From an uncultured Parcubacteria group bacterium (GTDB lineage Bacteria; Patescibacteriota; Minisyncoccia; UBA6257; 2-01-FULL-56-20): DNA of 64,000 bases. A program made the position numbers and the translations under genes. The notes under the pieces are model-generated. The model was not told the DNA's origin. It saw only the letters and a list, made by a program, of their open reading frames with translations, and made no database searches. The DNA lies in assembly GCA_903944135.1 (NCBI GenBank), contig CAJAQL010000029.1, forward strand, positions 1,487 through 65,486. Direction: 5' to 3'. Positions 1-9,262 of the stretch are shown here, piece by piece (within the stretch, counting starts at the first letter, position 1; the number at the start of each line of letters is the position of its first letter).

Positions 1-234
1 TGGGGAATGTCTTACTTCTCTGGATGGCCTCTCGGCGGTATGGGCGGCAATGGCGGCGGCAATGCCTTAGGCGGCGGCGGTTCGGGAGGTACCTGGGCCA
101 ATACGAATGGTTATGCAGGAACGGCCGGCAGTGCTTTTGGCGGTGGCGGAGGAGGAGGAAGCGGTTCGTCCTCGAGCGGTACTGGCGGTGCTGGCTCTGC
201 TGGCGGCCCGGGCGGCGTGATCATTGAATGGTAA
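1..234 (+). CDS. 3' end of a glycine-rich protein (partial; frame open from window start)
   Basis: Gly-rich repeats ending GGPGGVIIEW, a C-terminus typical of glycine-rich domains in tail-fibre-like/surface proteins. Confidence 0.7.
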   Translation, partial: WGMSYFSGWPLGGMGGNGGGNALGGGGSGGTWANTNGYAGTAGSAFGGGGGGGSGSSSSGTGGAGSAGGPGGVIIEW

Positions 235-241
235 CCACAGC

Positions 242-277
242 AAAGACTCGACCCTGATGATTCAGGGTCGAGTCTTT
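242..277. terminator. Probable bidirectional intrinsic terminator
   Basis: Perfect 16-bp inverted repeat AAAGACTCGACCCTGA/TCAGGGTCGAGTCTTT between convergent genes. Confidence 0.75.
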
Positions 278-310
278 AAATTATCGAAGTTGAAATTCAA
301 CAAGAGATGA

Positions 311-2521
311 TCACTCGCGGTGGAGATTTTTTTGGAATGCCGCGAGCCGCGCTTTGAGCTGGAGATGGTTCTTGAATGTTGGATCGGTTCGGACGGTTTC
401 CGACGCCGCTTCGCGGCTGGTCTTCACAAGCGCCGGATCGCGGAGGGCTTCGAGCGTCGCGTCCGAGAAACCGCTTTGCACCTCACCAAAGAATTCGCCG
501 GGACCGCGGAGCTTGAGATCTTCTTCGGCGAGCTCGAAACCATTTTTCGCCTTAAGGATCGCCCGCAGGCGGGCTTTCGCTTTTTCGCCCTTCATTTCGG
601 TCATCAGGAAACAGTAGGATTGATATTCGCCGCGCCCAATACGGCCGCGGAATTGGTAGAGCTGGGCAAGGCCGAATCGGTCGGCGCCTTCGATGATCAT
701 GATCGCCGCGTTCGGCACGTCAACGCCCACCTCAATGACGGATGTCGCGACCAGCATGTCGATCTTTCCTTCTTTAAAGTCGCGCATGACAGTTTCCTTT
801 TCTTTCGGTTTCATTTTTCCGTGGAGCATGGCGATCTTGAACTCCGGGAATATTTTTTTACTGAGCTTATCGTATTCTTCTTCGACGGATTTCAGATCCA
901 ACGTCGATGTGGAAAATTTTTTGCTGTCATTCCCGCTCAGGCGGGAATCCAGAGTCTTCTTTTTCTGGGTTCCCGCCTGAGCGGGAACGACAGAGTTAGA
1001 TGAGGCGACATCGGTATCCGGCGTGATGAGCGGGCAGATGACGAATGCCTGCCGCCCCTTTTTGATCTCGCCACGTATGAATTCATAGGTCGCCTGCCGT
1101 TCGATCGGTGACACGATTTTGGTCACGATCGGCTTCCGGCCGGCGGGCAGTTCTGTGATAAGCGAAACGTCGAGATCGCCGAAGACGGTCATCATCAAGG
1201 TGCGCGGGATCGGAGTCGCGGACATACTGAGAAGATGCGGTATGCCTGCCGCGCTCGCGCTGCGCGCCAGCGTTTTCCGCTGATTGACGCCGAAGCGATG
1301 CTGTTCGTCGATGACGACAAGCCCGAGATTGTTGAAACGGGCGGATTTTTCGACAAGTGCGTGGGTGCCGAACACGATAGCGATCTCGCCCGCGGCTGAT
1401 TTTTTCCAGAATTCCGCTTTCGGTGTTTTTGCCGTCAGGTCGTTGTCGTAGAGCATGATCGTACCGCTTCCCGTCGCAAGGCCAACCGTAGGCTGATCTT
1501 CTGGTTTCACATGTTTGAGGAATCTTTGGAAGGTTTCGAAATGCTGGCGGGCGAGGATCTCGGTCGGTGCCATAAAAACGGTCTGGAATCCGTGCTCGGC
1601 GGCGGTGATCGCCGCGATCGCGGCGACGATCGTTTTGCCTGAACCGACATCGCCCTGCAGAAGGCGGTTCATCGGTTTCGGTTTGGCGAGGTCCTGCACG
1701 ATGTCCCAGAGCGACTGCTTCTGCGATTGCGTGAGCGAAAAGGGGAGCGTTGCGAGAATGTGTTTGATGCGTTCAATATCGATCGGTATCACGGGAGCCT
1801 GTTCATGGCTCAGCTTCAGTTTTTGCTGGAGATTGAAAAGCTGAAGGAGGAAAAGATTTTCGAATCGGAATCTCCTCTCTGCGGTGGCGGCGTCTTCGAA
1901 GCGGGCAGGAAGATGGATGTCCTGCAGGGCTTTTTGCAGGTTCGGGAGATCATAACGCGAGAGGATCTCTTGCGGGATCCACTCTGCGAGCGCGGGATTG
2001 TGTCTCATGGCGATGCGGATCGCGAACCGGATGCCGCGCGAGGTGAGCCCCTTGGTTTCCGGATAAACGGGAACAAGCCGTCCGGTATGGATAGCTTCGG
2101 AATCCTGCCTGACTACTTCGTATGTGGGATTGTTGAAATAAAGCTCGTTCTCTTCCGAGATGGAAACCTTTCCGGAAAAGTTCGCGATGCGGCCCGCGTG
2201 GAGCGTGTTTGCGATATAGGGCTGATTGAACCAGACGGCGCGGATGGTCCCCGATTCGTCCGAGAGCATCGCTTCGATGATGGTGAGGCCCCGCCGCGTG
2301 CGGCGCGAAGTCACTTCTTCGATGGCGGCCTGAACCGTGGCGAGTTCGCCGGGTTCAAGATCGTCGATCTTGCAGATCTCCGAGAAATCTTCGTAGCGCG
2401 AGGGAAAATGCCAAAGGAGATCGCGGACGGTCTTTATCCCGATCTTTTCGAATCGCTTTAAGAGGGGAGTGCGAGCACCCAGGATGTCATAGAGCGGCGT
2501 TTCAAGCGAGATTTCCCGCAT
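311..2521 (-). CDS. recG: ATP-dependent DNA helicase RecG
   Basis: RLLQGDVGSGKT, MAPTEILA, DEQHRFG, MSATPIPRT, QFRGRIGRG, DLKLRGPGE motifs; start at 2521 or 2533. Confidence 0.96.
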   Translation of the reverse strand: MREISLETPLYDILGARTPLLKRFEKIGIKTVRDLLWHFPSRYEDFSEICKIDDLEPGELATVQAAIEEVTSRRTRRGLTIIEAMLSDESGTIRAVWFNQPYIANTLHAGRIANFSGKVSISEENELYFNNPTYEVVRQDSEAIHTGRLVPVYPETKGLTSRGIRFAIRIAMRHNPALAEWIPQEILSRYDLPNLQKALQDIHLPARFEDAATAERRFRFENLFLLQLFNLQQKLKLSHEQAPVIPIDIERIKHILATLPFSLTQSQKQSLWDIVQDLAKPKPMNRLLQGDVGSGKTIVAAIAAITAAEHGFQTVFMAPTEILARQHFETFQRFLKHVKPEDQPTVGLATGSGTIMLYDNDLTAKTPKAEFWKKSAAGEIAIVFGTHALVEKSARFNNLGLVVIDEQHRFGVNQRKTLARSASAAGIPHLLSMSATPIPRTLMMTVFGDLDVSLITELPAGRKPIVTKIVSPIERQATYEFIRGEIKKGRQAFVICPLITPDTDVASSNSVVPAQAGTQKKKTLDSRLSGNDSKKFSTSTLDLKSVEEEYDKLSKKIFPEFKIAMLHGKMKPKEKETVMRDFKEGKIDMLVATSVIEVGVDVPNAAIMIIEGADRFGLAQLYQFRGRIGRGEYQSYCFLMTEMKGEKAKARLRAILKAKNGFELAEEDLKLRGPGEFFGEVQSGFSDATLEALRDPALVKTSREAASETVRTDPTFKNHLQLKARLAAFQKNLHRE
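924..993. repeat. REP-like palindrome pair inserted in frame within recG
   Basis: GTCATTCCCGCTCAGGCGGGAATCCAG (926-952) and inverted copy CTGGGTTCCCGCCTGAGCGGGAACGAC (965-991). Confidence 0.85.
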
Positions 2522-2576
2522 ATGATTGGCCATAGTATAGCACAAAAGATGAGTCAAGAGAAACGGGATATTTCTT

Positions 2577-2648
2577 GTCGTTCCCGCGTAGGCGGGGATC
2601 CAGGTTTTCTTTGGTACCATTCTGGATCCCCGCATTCGCGGGGACGAC
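2577..2648. repeat. REP-like palindrome pair, same family
   Basis: GTCGTTCCCGCGTAGGCGGGGATCCAG ... CTGGATCCCCGCATTCGCGGGGACGAC. Confidence 0.85.
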
Positions 2649-2706
2649 AGAAGGGAATTTGGTTGAAATTTTTCAAATAAGATTTTATTATGGATGAGTT
2701 GGTTTT

Positions 2707-2741
2707 GCCCCTATAGCTCAGTTGGTAGAGCAGCTCCCTCT
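2707..2741 (+). other. 5' half of tRNA-Lys(CTT) (nt 1-35), identical to the intact copy downstream
   Basis: GCCCCTATAGCTCAGTTGGTAGAGCAGCTCCCTCT is identical to 2814-2848 and stops within the anticodon. Confidence 0.9.
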
Positions 2742-2813
2742 GCGAAATAAGAATTTCGCCCGTTGGTTCGCTCATTGAAAACGAAAGAAGGAAAAATGCA
2801 TTGCGATCAGCGT

Positions 2814-2886
2814 GCCCCTATAGCTCAGTTGGTAGAGCAGCTCCCTCTTAAGGAGATGGTCCCAGGTTCAAATCCTGGTGGGGGCA
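2814..2886 (+). tRNA. tRNA-Lys (CTT)
   Basis: Acceptor stem GCCCCTA/TGGGGGC, D arm GCTC/GAGC, anticodon loop CT-CTT-AA, T arm CCAGG-TTCAAAT-CCTGG; CCA not encoded. Confidence 0.95.
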
Positions 2887-2936
2887 CACCGCTCGAAATT
2901 CTTTCCTTCTTTCGTTTTCACTTCGCTGCCAACGGG

Positions 2937-2973
2937 AAGGAGATGGTCCCAGGTTCAAATCCTGGTGGGGGCA
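2937..2973 (+). other. 3' half of tRNA-Lys(CTT) (nt 37-73), identical to the intact copy upstream
   Basis: AAGGAGATGGTCCCAGGTTCAAATCCTGGTGGGGGCA; the trailer CACCGC is also duplicated. Confidence 0.9.
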
Positions 2974-3161
2974 CACCGCGTAGAATTTTTTAATTCTTTT
3001 TCGCGAGCGAACCGATAGCCGATTCTTTTTTCGGGTCATTGGTTTCGCCCTAGAGGTACAGAGGGTGAAATTGATTTTTAATTTATGGCATAATAAACAA
3101 ATGGGCGGGGCGGTGTATGAATCGTCTATTCTCCATGATGGCGCATCAGGGTACTATCAAA

Positions 3162-4817
3162 ATGACATGGCGAGGGAAAACGTTCCTTGTTCTGTTTTTA
3201 TTGCTTATTTTTCTTCTCTCTTTCCATCAGATATGGGATTCTGACACGTTTTACCATATTAAAACCGGTCAAGTTATCCTGAGCAGCGGACGCGTGCCCA
3301 CGGCGGATATTTTTTCCTATACCGCGCCAGGAGCTCTTTGGGTGACCCACGAATGGCTCGTGGAAGTGATTTTTTATCTGGTCACCGCGGGTTTCGGCCT
3401 TTGGGGATTGATCGGATTCGCGGCTTTTTGCATTACGCTCAGTTATTTCCTTGTCGTAAGGTCGGCGCTTCAGAAAAAGGCGAATATTTATATCGCGCTT
3501 ATTTTCGGCTTCATCATAGCTTGCCCGCTCGTCATTCATTCCGTGTCGACCAGCGCCGCGGCGATGGCAGCGCTTGCTTTTTCCTTCCTCATTTACTGTC
3601 TGGAAAAATATCGGACGGCCCCACGGGTCTTTTATTTGGCATTATCGGTCCTGGTCATATGGCTTTGGGCGAACATGCACGCGAGTTTTTTACTTGGATT
3701 GGTGGTCATCACTTTTTACGCGATCGCTCTGAGAGCTCAAATGAAATTTCCCCGTTGGTTCGGAAAGGCGCGTATCGATGCCCGACGGGCCAATTATCTC
3801 TCCGTGGCGGCGCTTGTCTCATGGGGAGCGGCTTTTCTTAATCCGAACACGTACCGGATCTTCTTTTATATTTCTTACGTGCAGGAGCTTGCGAGAGTTC
3901 TTAATATAACCGAATACCACTCCGTCCTTTCCTTGCTCGGCAATCCGATCGCGCAGGCTTTTTTGGTGGAAGTCATCTTGTCGGGGTTGTTCCTTGTCTG
4001 GCATTATGGCATCAAAGAGGAGGGTCGTGATGCGGTGACGCTCGGCTTGTTCTGCGGAGTCTCCATCCTTCCGTTCATTTCCATAGCTTATACGATCTTT
4101 TGGCCGTTCGTCGTGATCGCGCCACTTGCCGTGGCGGCGTCATCCATTCTGGACCGCGGAACAAAAAAAATATCTTGGGGGATTCTCTTTGGGTTGTTTG
4201 CGGCGCTTGGTCTTCTTGCGCTTGTCGCTGCGATCATTTCGTTGCCGAGGAGTCCCGTAAGCGACACCGCGCTTCCCGTGAAAGCGGTTGATTTTATCAA
4301 GCAAAATAATATCCATGGCCCGCTTTTTAATACCTATGATGATGGCGGATATCTGATATGGGCACTTTGGCCCCAAGAGAAGGTCGCCATTGATATGCGT
4401 TCGGAAGTTTTCAGGGGCCGGCCCGTGCAGGAATATTTGGATGTTATGAACGCCGAGAGCGATTGGAAACAGATCGTCGATCAGGAATACGGCATTAATT
4501 ATTTTGTTTTGCATTACTGGAAGCAATCCATCAGTTCTGGTTATGCTCCTCTTTTTGAGGCGTTGTCCAATGATAATTTCAGAATGGTCTATTGGGACGA
4601 TAATGCCGTCATCATGGTGCGTGCGACGCCGGAGAATGAGCATCTGATAAAAGAATACGGGACAAGCCATGTTGATCCGTTCGTGCTGCCGGAGGATATT
4701 TCGACCAATGTCAGCCAGACCGAGGCCGAGCTGAAGGCGCTTGCAGCGCGCTTCCCTGGTGTCCAGGATATACAGTATTTCTTGGCGCGCTTCCTGCAGA
4801 CGCATGGCCTGCAGTAG
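3162..4817 (+). CDS. Multi-pass membrane protein, possibly GT-C superfamily
   Basis: Many TM helices, DTFYHIKTG...DIFSYT...HEWL loop, WANMHASF, extracytoplasmic C-terminal domain; start uncertain (3117-3162). Confidence 0.7.
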   Translation: MTWRGKTFLVLFLLLIFLLSFHQIWDSDTFYHIKTGQVILSSGRVPTADIFSYTAPGALWVTHEWLVEVIFYLVTAGFGLWGLIGFAAFCITLSYFLVVRSALQKKANIYIALIFGFIIACPLVIHSVSTSAAAMAALAFSFLIYCLEKYRTAPRVFYLALSVLVIWLWANMHASFLLGLVVITFYAIALRAQMKFPRWFGKARIDARRANYLSVAALVSWGAAFLNPNTYRIFFYISYVQELARVLNITEYHSVLSLLGNPIAQAFLVEVILSGLFLVWHYGIKEEGRDAVTLGLFCGVSILPFISIAYTIFWPFVVIAPLAVAASSILDRGTKKISWGILFGLFAALGLLALVAAIISLPRSPVSDTALPVKAVDFIKQNNIHGPLFNTYDDGGYLIWALWPQEKVAIDMRSEVFRGRPVQEYLDVMNAESDWKQIVDQEYGINYFVLHYWKQSISSGYAPLFEALSNDNFRMVYWDDNAVIMVRATPENEHLIKEYGTSHVDPFVLPEDISTNVSQTEAELKALAARFPGVQDIQYFLARFLQTHGLQ

Positions 4818-4997
4818 GGGATCATCGCGGAACATCGCTCTGGCGGCAAGAATGAAAAAAGCCGATGTCGGGATCAGCCCTTTGCATTTCCATGCGGGAC
4901 ACATGCTCGCCGCCGCTCGCATTTGATCTGGGCGCCGCCTCGCTGAATTTTTCTGCTGAAAAATTCATTTCCGGCGTTCGATTTCCTTGATGTCAGG

Positions 4998-5043
4998 GCA
5001 TGAAAAAACTGCAGCGAGCAAAGTCGCTGCAGTTTCTTCATGC
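4998..5043. terminator. Long hairpin downstream of tRNA-Arg (terminator/processing)
   Basis: GCATGAAAAAACTGCAGCGA ... TCGCTGCAGTTTCTTCATGC near-perfect inverted repeat. Confidence 0.55.
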
Positions 5044-5046
5044 GAG

Positions 5047-5118
5047 TGCCCCCGGAGGGAATCGAACCCCCAAATCGAGCTTCGAAGGCTCGCGTTTTAT
5101 CCGTTAGACTACGAGGGC
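5047..5118 (-). tRNA. tRNA-Arg (TCG)
   Basis: Reverse complement GCCCTCGTAGTCTAACGGATAAAACGCGAGCCTTCGAAGCTCG...GGTTCGATTCCCTCCGGGGGCA; anticodon arm CGAGC-CTTCGAA-GCTCG. Confidence 0.93.
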
Positions 5119-5193
5119 AGAAAGTTTGAACGTTGCAATGTCGTTTTCGCGGCAACACTAGAACATCCGCTTTCTTATGTTATAATTATCCGC

Positions 5194-5829
5194 ATGAATA
5201 TTGCAATGACGGTATTCGAATTTATCGTCCTGCTGTTTTCCGCGATACTCCACGAGATCGCGCATGGTTTTATGGCGGAAAAATTAGGTGATGATACGGC
5301 GAAGCGCGCAGGGCGGCTGACTTTGAACCCTTTGGTGCATCTCGATCTGTTCGGATCCATCATCATGCCGATCGCGCTTTTTGTCGCGAGCGGCGGGACG
5401 TTCTTTTTTGCTGCCGCAAAACCGGTGCCGTATGATCCCCGGAACCTGAAAAATCCGCGGAGCGGCAGTGCGGAGATCGCGCTCGCAGGACCGTGCACCA
5501 ATCTTCTTCTTGCAATCGTTTTTGGCGTTGCGGTGCGCGTCGGTATTCTGTTCTCAGCTCCGGATATCTTCATTTCGCTTCTCGCGGTCATCGTATATCT
5601 GAACATCGCGCTTGCGATCTTCAATCTGATCCCGATCCCGCCGCTCGACGGATCGCGCGTGCTTTTCGCGGCACTGCCGCCGAGCCGCACGACGTTCCGT
5701 GTGGCATATTTCCTGGAGCGGTATGGCATCATCCTCGTTCTGGCGTTCGCGATCTTCGGTTTCAGTTTATTGATGCCGTTCATGGGATATCTTTTTGGGA
5801 TCTTCACCGGTCAGCCGTCGCCGTTCTAA
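5194..5829 (+). CDS. Site-2 protease family (M50) membrane metalloprotease
   Basis: HEIAH, TLNPLVHLD, ALAGP, FNLIPIPPLDG. Confidence 0.92.
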   Translation: MNIAMTVFEFIVLLFSAILHEIAHGFMAEKLGDDTAKRAGRLTLNPLVHLDLFGSIIMPIALFVASGGTFFFAAAKPVPYDPRNLKNPRSGSAEIALAGPCTNLLLAIVFGVAVRVGILFSAPDIFISLLAVIVYLNIALAIFNLIPIPPLDGSRVLFAALPPSRTTFRVAYFLERYGIILVLAFAIFGFSLLMPFMGYLFGIFTGQPSPF

Positions 5830-5857
5830 AAAACAAAAATAAAATCTATCAAAATTC

Positions 5858-7012
5858 ATGCCGAGTTTTTTCTTTCTCAAGAAAAAGAAAAAAGCAGATG
5901 ATCGCACCGTAGGGAAGATATCCCTCTTTTTTGTAAGTATTTTGGCGCTTCAGTTCATGCTGTTCATGTTGCATTTCATGATCTATGAGACGCTTGCGTC
6001 GATCTTCGGTTTTGACAGTCTTTTCCTTGCGGTCGTGCTGGGTCTTTTGTCGCTCACGTTCATGTCGTCGTCGTTCCTTGCGGCGAAGGCGGACAATCTC
6101 TTCGTTCGGATTTACTACGAGTTCGCGGCGGTCTGGTTCTCCTTCGTTGCGCCTTTCTGCGCCGCATGCGCGGCCTTCGTGATCATTGAAAATCTGTCGC
6201 CATCCGCAGTATGGAGGATCACGCCGTTCACGGTCGGTATGTTCTGTTTCGGCGCCGCGATCGTCGTATCGCTCTACGGCATCTGGAACAGTTGCCGTGT
6301 CCGCGTGACGCACGTCGCGATGTCCCTGCCGAACGTTCCCGATGCGTGGCACGGAAAGCGATTGGTCTTTTTTTCTGATGTTCATCTCGGCAACATCCGC
6401 AGGCAGGGCTTTGCGCGGCGCATCGTGAAAAAGGTGCAGACGCTTGATCCGGCGCTCGTTGCGATCTGCGGCGACCTCTTTGACGGTCCGAAGTGCGATG
6501 CCGAAAAATTACTTGCTCCGTTCAGGGATCTGCGACCGTCGCGGGGATTTTATTACGTGAGCGGCAATCATGAATATATCCGCGACCAGAATGTTTTCTT
6601 CGACGCCATTCAAGATGCGGGCATCAGGATCCTGCGGAACGAAAAAGTGGATGTGGATGGCATCGATCTCGTCGGTGTCGATTGGAAAGATACTGCTCAG
6701 AAGGGGAACTTCGCGGCGATTCTTGACGGCATGCATATCTCGTCATCGCGGCCGAGCATTCTTCTGAAACATGTTCCGAAGGATCTCGACGTCGCGGAAC
6801 GTGCCGGCATTTCGCTCCAGCTTTCGGGTCATACGCATCGCGGACAATTCTGGCCGCTTTCGATCGCTACGCATTATATTTACGGTGGATTCGATTATGG
6901 ATTTCATGAACTAGGAAAGATGTTCGTTTATATTTCGAGCGGTGTCGGCACGGCGATGCTGCCGTTCCGGCTCGGCACAAAAGCCGAGATCGTATCTATT
7001 GAATTCAAGTAG
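5858..7012 (+). CDS. Membrane-anchored metallophosphoesterase (YkuE/YaeI-like)
   Basis: N-terminal TM helices; SDVH, GDLFD, GNHE, LLKH, SGHTH motifs. Confidence 0.88.
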   Translation: MPSFFFLKKKKKADDRTVGKISLFFVSILALQFMLFMLHFMIYETLASIFGFDSLFLAVVLGLLSLTFMSSSFLAAKADNLFVRIYYEFAAVWFSFVAPFCAACAAFVIIENLSPSAVWRITPFTVGMFCFGAAIVVSLYGIWNSCRVRVTHVAMSLPNVPDAWHGKRLVFFSDVHLGNIRRQGFARRIVKKVQTLDPALVAICGDLFDGPKCDAEKLLAPFRDLRPSRGFYYVSGNHEYIRDQNVFFDAIQDAGIRILRNEKVDVDGIDLVGVDWKDTAQKGNFAAILDGMHISSSRPSILLKHVPKDLDVAERAGISLQLSGHTHRGQFWPLSIATHYIYGGFDYGFHELGKMFVYISSGVGTAMLPFRLGTKAEIVSIEFK

Positions 7013-7034
7013 AAGGATGGACCACTGTTTTTTC

Positions 7035-7121
7035 GTCCCCGTCCCTCGAGAGACTCGGGATAAACTCCGGCGGGGACTCAGAAAAGAAGACAACATGGAT
7101 TCCCGCCTTTGCGGGAACGAC
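7035..7121. repeat. Composite REP-like element
   Basis: Right arm ATGGATTCCCGCCTTTGCGGGAACGAC; left arm is an expanded variant also seen at 9087-9139. Confidence 0.7.
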
Positions 7122-7209
7122 AGAGGTTTTTTCTTGCCCCACCCAAGCGTATGAGCGAACTGCATTCCGCGAGCTGGAGCGGGTTGCTCAAAAAGAAAAA
7201 CCGGAGCCG

Positions 7210-7239
7210 TTGACAAAAAGCATCGTTTTAGACTACAAT
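7210..7239 (+). promoter_or_regulatory. Sigma70-type promoter for tuf-rpsJ
   Basis: TTGACA (7210) - 18 nt - TACAAT (7234). Confidence 0.65.
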
Positions 7240-7369
7240 TTCTTAGTAAATCTTCCCCGGGCAACATCGGGTCGATTGGTTGACGGTTGCCACAACTCTC
7301 ACGGGCTTTTGGAGAGTTGTTTTCAAGAGGGGATGATGCCGGTAAAAAATAAAATAATTTTAAATCACT

Positions 7370-8569
7370 ATGGCAGAAAAAGAAAAATACACCCGAACAA
7401 AGCCGCATGTGAACATCGGCACGATCGGACATGTTGATCACGGAAAAACGACTTTGACCGCCGCGATCACGCATATCTTGCATATGAAAGGTTTGGCGAA
7501 GAAAGAGGAAGGAGTCGATCAGATCGATAATGCTCCGGAAGAAAAAGCGCGCGGTATCACCATTGCGTTGCATCATTCCGAGTACGAGTCGGACACGCGC
7601 CATTATGCGCACGTGGACGCTCCGGGACACGCTGATTACATCAAGAACATGATCACGGGTGCCGCCCAGATGGACGGTGCGATCTTGGTCGTCGCCGCAA
7701 CGGATGGTCCGATGCCGCAGACGCGTGAGCACATTCTCTTGGCGCACCAGGTCGGTGTTCCGAAGATCGTGGTGTTCTTGAACAAGTGCGATATGGTGGA
7801 CGATCCGGAACTCATTGACCTCGTTGAGTCCGAAGTCCGCGAGCTTTTGAAGAAATATGAGTTCGATGGCGATAATGCGCCGGTCATCCGCGGTTCCGCA
7901 TTGAAGGCGCTCGCCGCTACGTCGCTTGACGATCCGGCCGCGAAGCCTATTCTCGACCTCATCAAAGCGGTCGATGAATACATCCCGACCCCTGAGCGCG
8001 CTCTCGATAAACCGTTCCTTATGCCGATCGAAGATATCTTCTCAATTGAAGGTCGCGGCACCGTGGTGACGGGTCGTATCGAACGTGGCAGAGTAAAGGT
8101 GAACGATGAAATCGAATTGGTCGGTCTCCGCCCGACGGCGAAGACGGTCGTCACCGGCATTGAAATGTTCCAGAAGACGCTCGATGAAGGCCAGGCTGGC
8201 GATAACGTCGGCGTCCTGCTCCGCGGTCTCAAGAAAGAGGATGTGGAGCGCGGTCAGGTGCTCGCAAAGCCGGGCAGCGTGACCCCGCATTCCGAATTCG
8301 AAGCGCAGGTCTACGTGCTTTCGAAAGAAGAAGGCGGTCGCCATTCGCCGTTCTTCAAGGGTTACAAGCCGCAGTTCTACATCCGCACCACGGACGTGAC
8401 GGGCGAAGTGACGCTTCCTGAAGGTATGGAAATGGTGATGCCGGGCGATACGGTGAGCCTTTCGGTCAAACTGATCACCCCGGTCGCACTTGAAGAGAAG
8501 CAGCGTTTCGCCATCCGCGAGGGCGGCAAGACGGTCGGTGCCGGTTCGGTCTCGAAGATCATTAAATAA
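7370..8569 (+). CDS. tuf: Elongation factor Tu
   Basis: [33 protein letters not shown]. Confidence 0.99.
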   Translation: MAEKEKYTRTKPHVNIGTIGHVDHGKTTLTAAITHILHMKGLAKKEEGVDQIDNAPEEKARGITIALHHSEYESDTRHYAHVDAPGHADYIKNMITGAAQMDGAILVVAATDGPMPQTREHILLAHQVGVPKIVVFLNKCDMVDDPELIDLVESEVRELLKKYEFDGDNAPVIRGSALKALAATSLDDPAAKPILDLIKAVDEYIPTPERALDKPFLMPIEDIFSIEGRGTVVTGRIERGRVKVNDEIELVGLRPTAKTVVTGIEMFQKTLDEGQAGDNVGVLLRGLKKEDVERGQVLAKPGSVTPHSEFEAQVYVLSKEEGGRHSPFFKGYKPQFYIRTTDVTGEVTLPEGMEMVMPGDTVSLSVKLITPVALEEKQRFAIREGGKTVGAGSVSKIIK

Positions 8570-8649
8570 GTTGTGATGTTTGCATGGTGCGGTGCGCTCA
8601 AACGAGCTGCATTGCACCATGCGACACTGCGACCTTAAAACAATTTATC

Positions 8650-8979
8650 ATGGCAAAAAAAGAATCGGGTCTTCCCCAAAAAGTCAGATTGCGGATCAAA
8701 TCGTACGATTATAAATTGATCGATACTTCCGCGCGGCGCATTATTGAAGCGGCTGAACGGAACGACGCCGAGGTGGTCGGCCCGATTCCTTTGCCAACCG
8801 AGATAAAGCGTTACACGGTGAATCGTTCGACCTTCATCGACAAAGATTCCCGCGAGCAGTTCGAGCTCCGGATCCATAAGCGCTTGGTTGAGATATTGAA
8901 TCCCAATCCGCGCATCGTGGAATCCCTTTCGAACCTGAACTTGCCCGCCGGAGTTGAAGTCGAGATCAAGATGGTATAG
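8650..8979 (+). CDS. rpsJ: 30S ribosomal protein S10
   Basis: [39 protein letters not shown]. Confidence 0.97.
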   Translation: MAKKESGLPQKVRLRIKSYDYKLIDTSARRIIEAAERNDAEVVGPIPLPTEIKRYTVNRSTFIDKDSREQFELRIHKRLVEILNPNPRIVESLSNLNLPAGVEVEIKMV

Positions 8980-8992
8980 TCTCCGTCATTCC

Positions 8993-9026
8993 AAACAAAA
9001 GCCGCCCGAAAGGGCGGTTTTTGTTT
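8993..9026 (+). terminator. Intrinsic terminator after rpsJ
   Basis: GCCGCCC-GAAA-GGGCGGT followed by a T-tract. Confidence 0.85.
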
Positions 9027-9038
9027 AGTCATTTTTTT

Positions 9039-9139
9039 GTCATTCCCGCGTAGGCGGGAATCCATGCTTTGAAAAAGAACAGAAGGAGCATGGACCCTCG
9101 CCGGAGTTCATCCCGGGTCCGTCGAGGGGCGAGAGCAAC
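9039..9139. repeat. REP-like palindrome pair
   Basis: GTCATTCCCGCGTAGGCGGGAATCCATGCT ... AGCATGGACCCTCGCCGGAG... Confidence 0.75.
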
Positions 9140-9262
9140 CCAGAAAAGAAGCACATGTCCGATGTCCGCTTTTAAGCGGGCATCGGACATTAATTTGGTT
9201 TACAACGAAAACTTCAAGCCATACAATACAAGAAGTTCCCGGGGGCAAGGAGACCCCAAAAA

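Noticed and set aside
1-234. Prophage tail-fibre gene
   Set aside because: Only a Gly-rich C-terminus is visible, such domains also occur in CPR surface proteins, and no phage structural genes are in the window
2707-2979. tRNA fragments as attL/attR of a prophage or integrative element
   Set aside because: Only about 50-70 nt separate the copies, both halves flank an intact gene, and no integrase is present
9140-9262. Cobalamin or other riboswitch upstream of the DUF6580-like gene
   Set aside because: No B12-box or other aptamer landmarks; the hairpin matches a dispersed repeat also found at 15124
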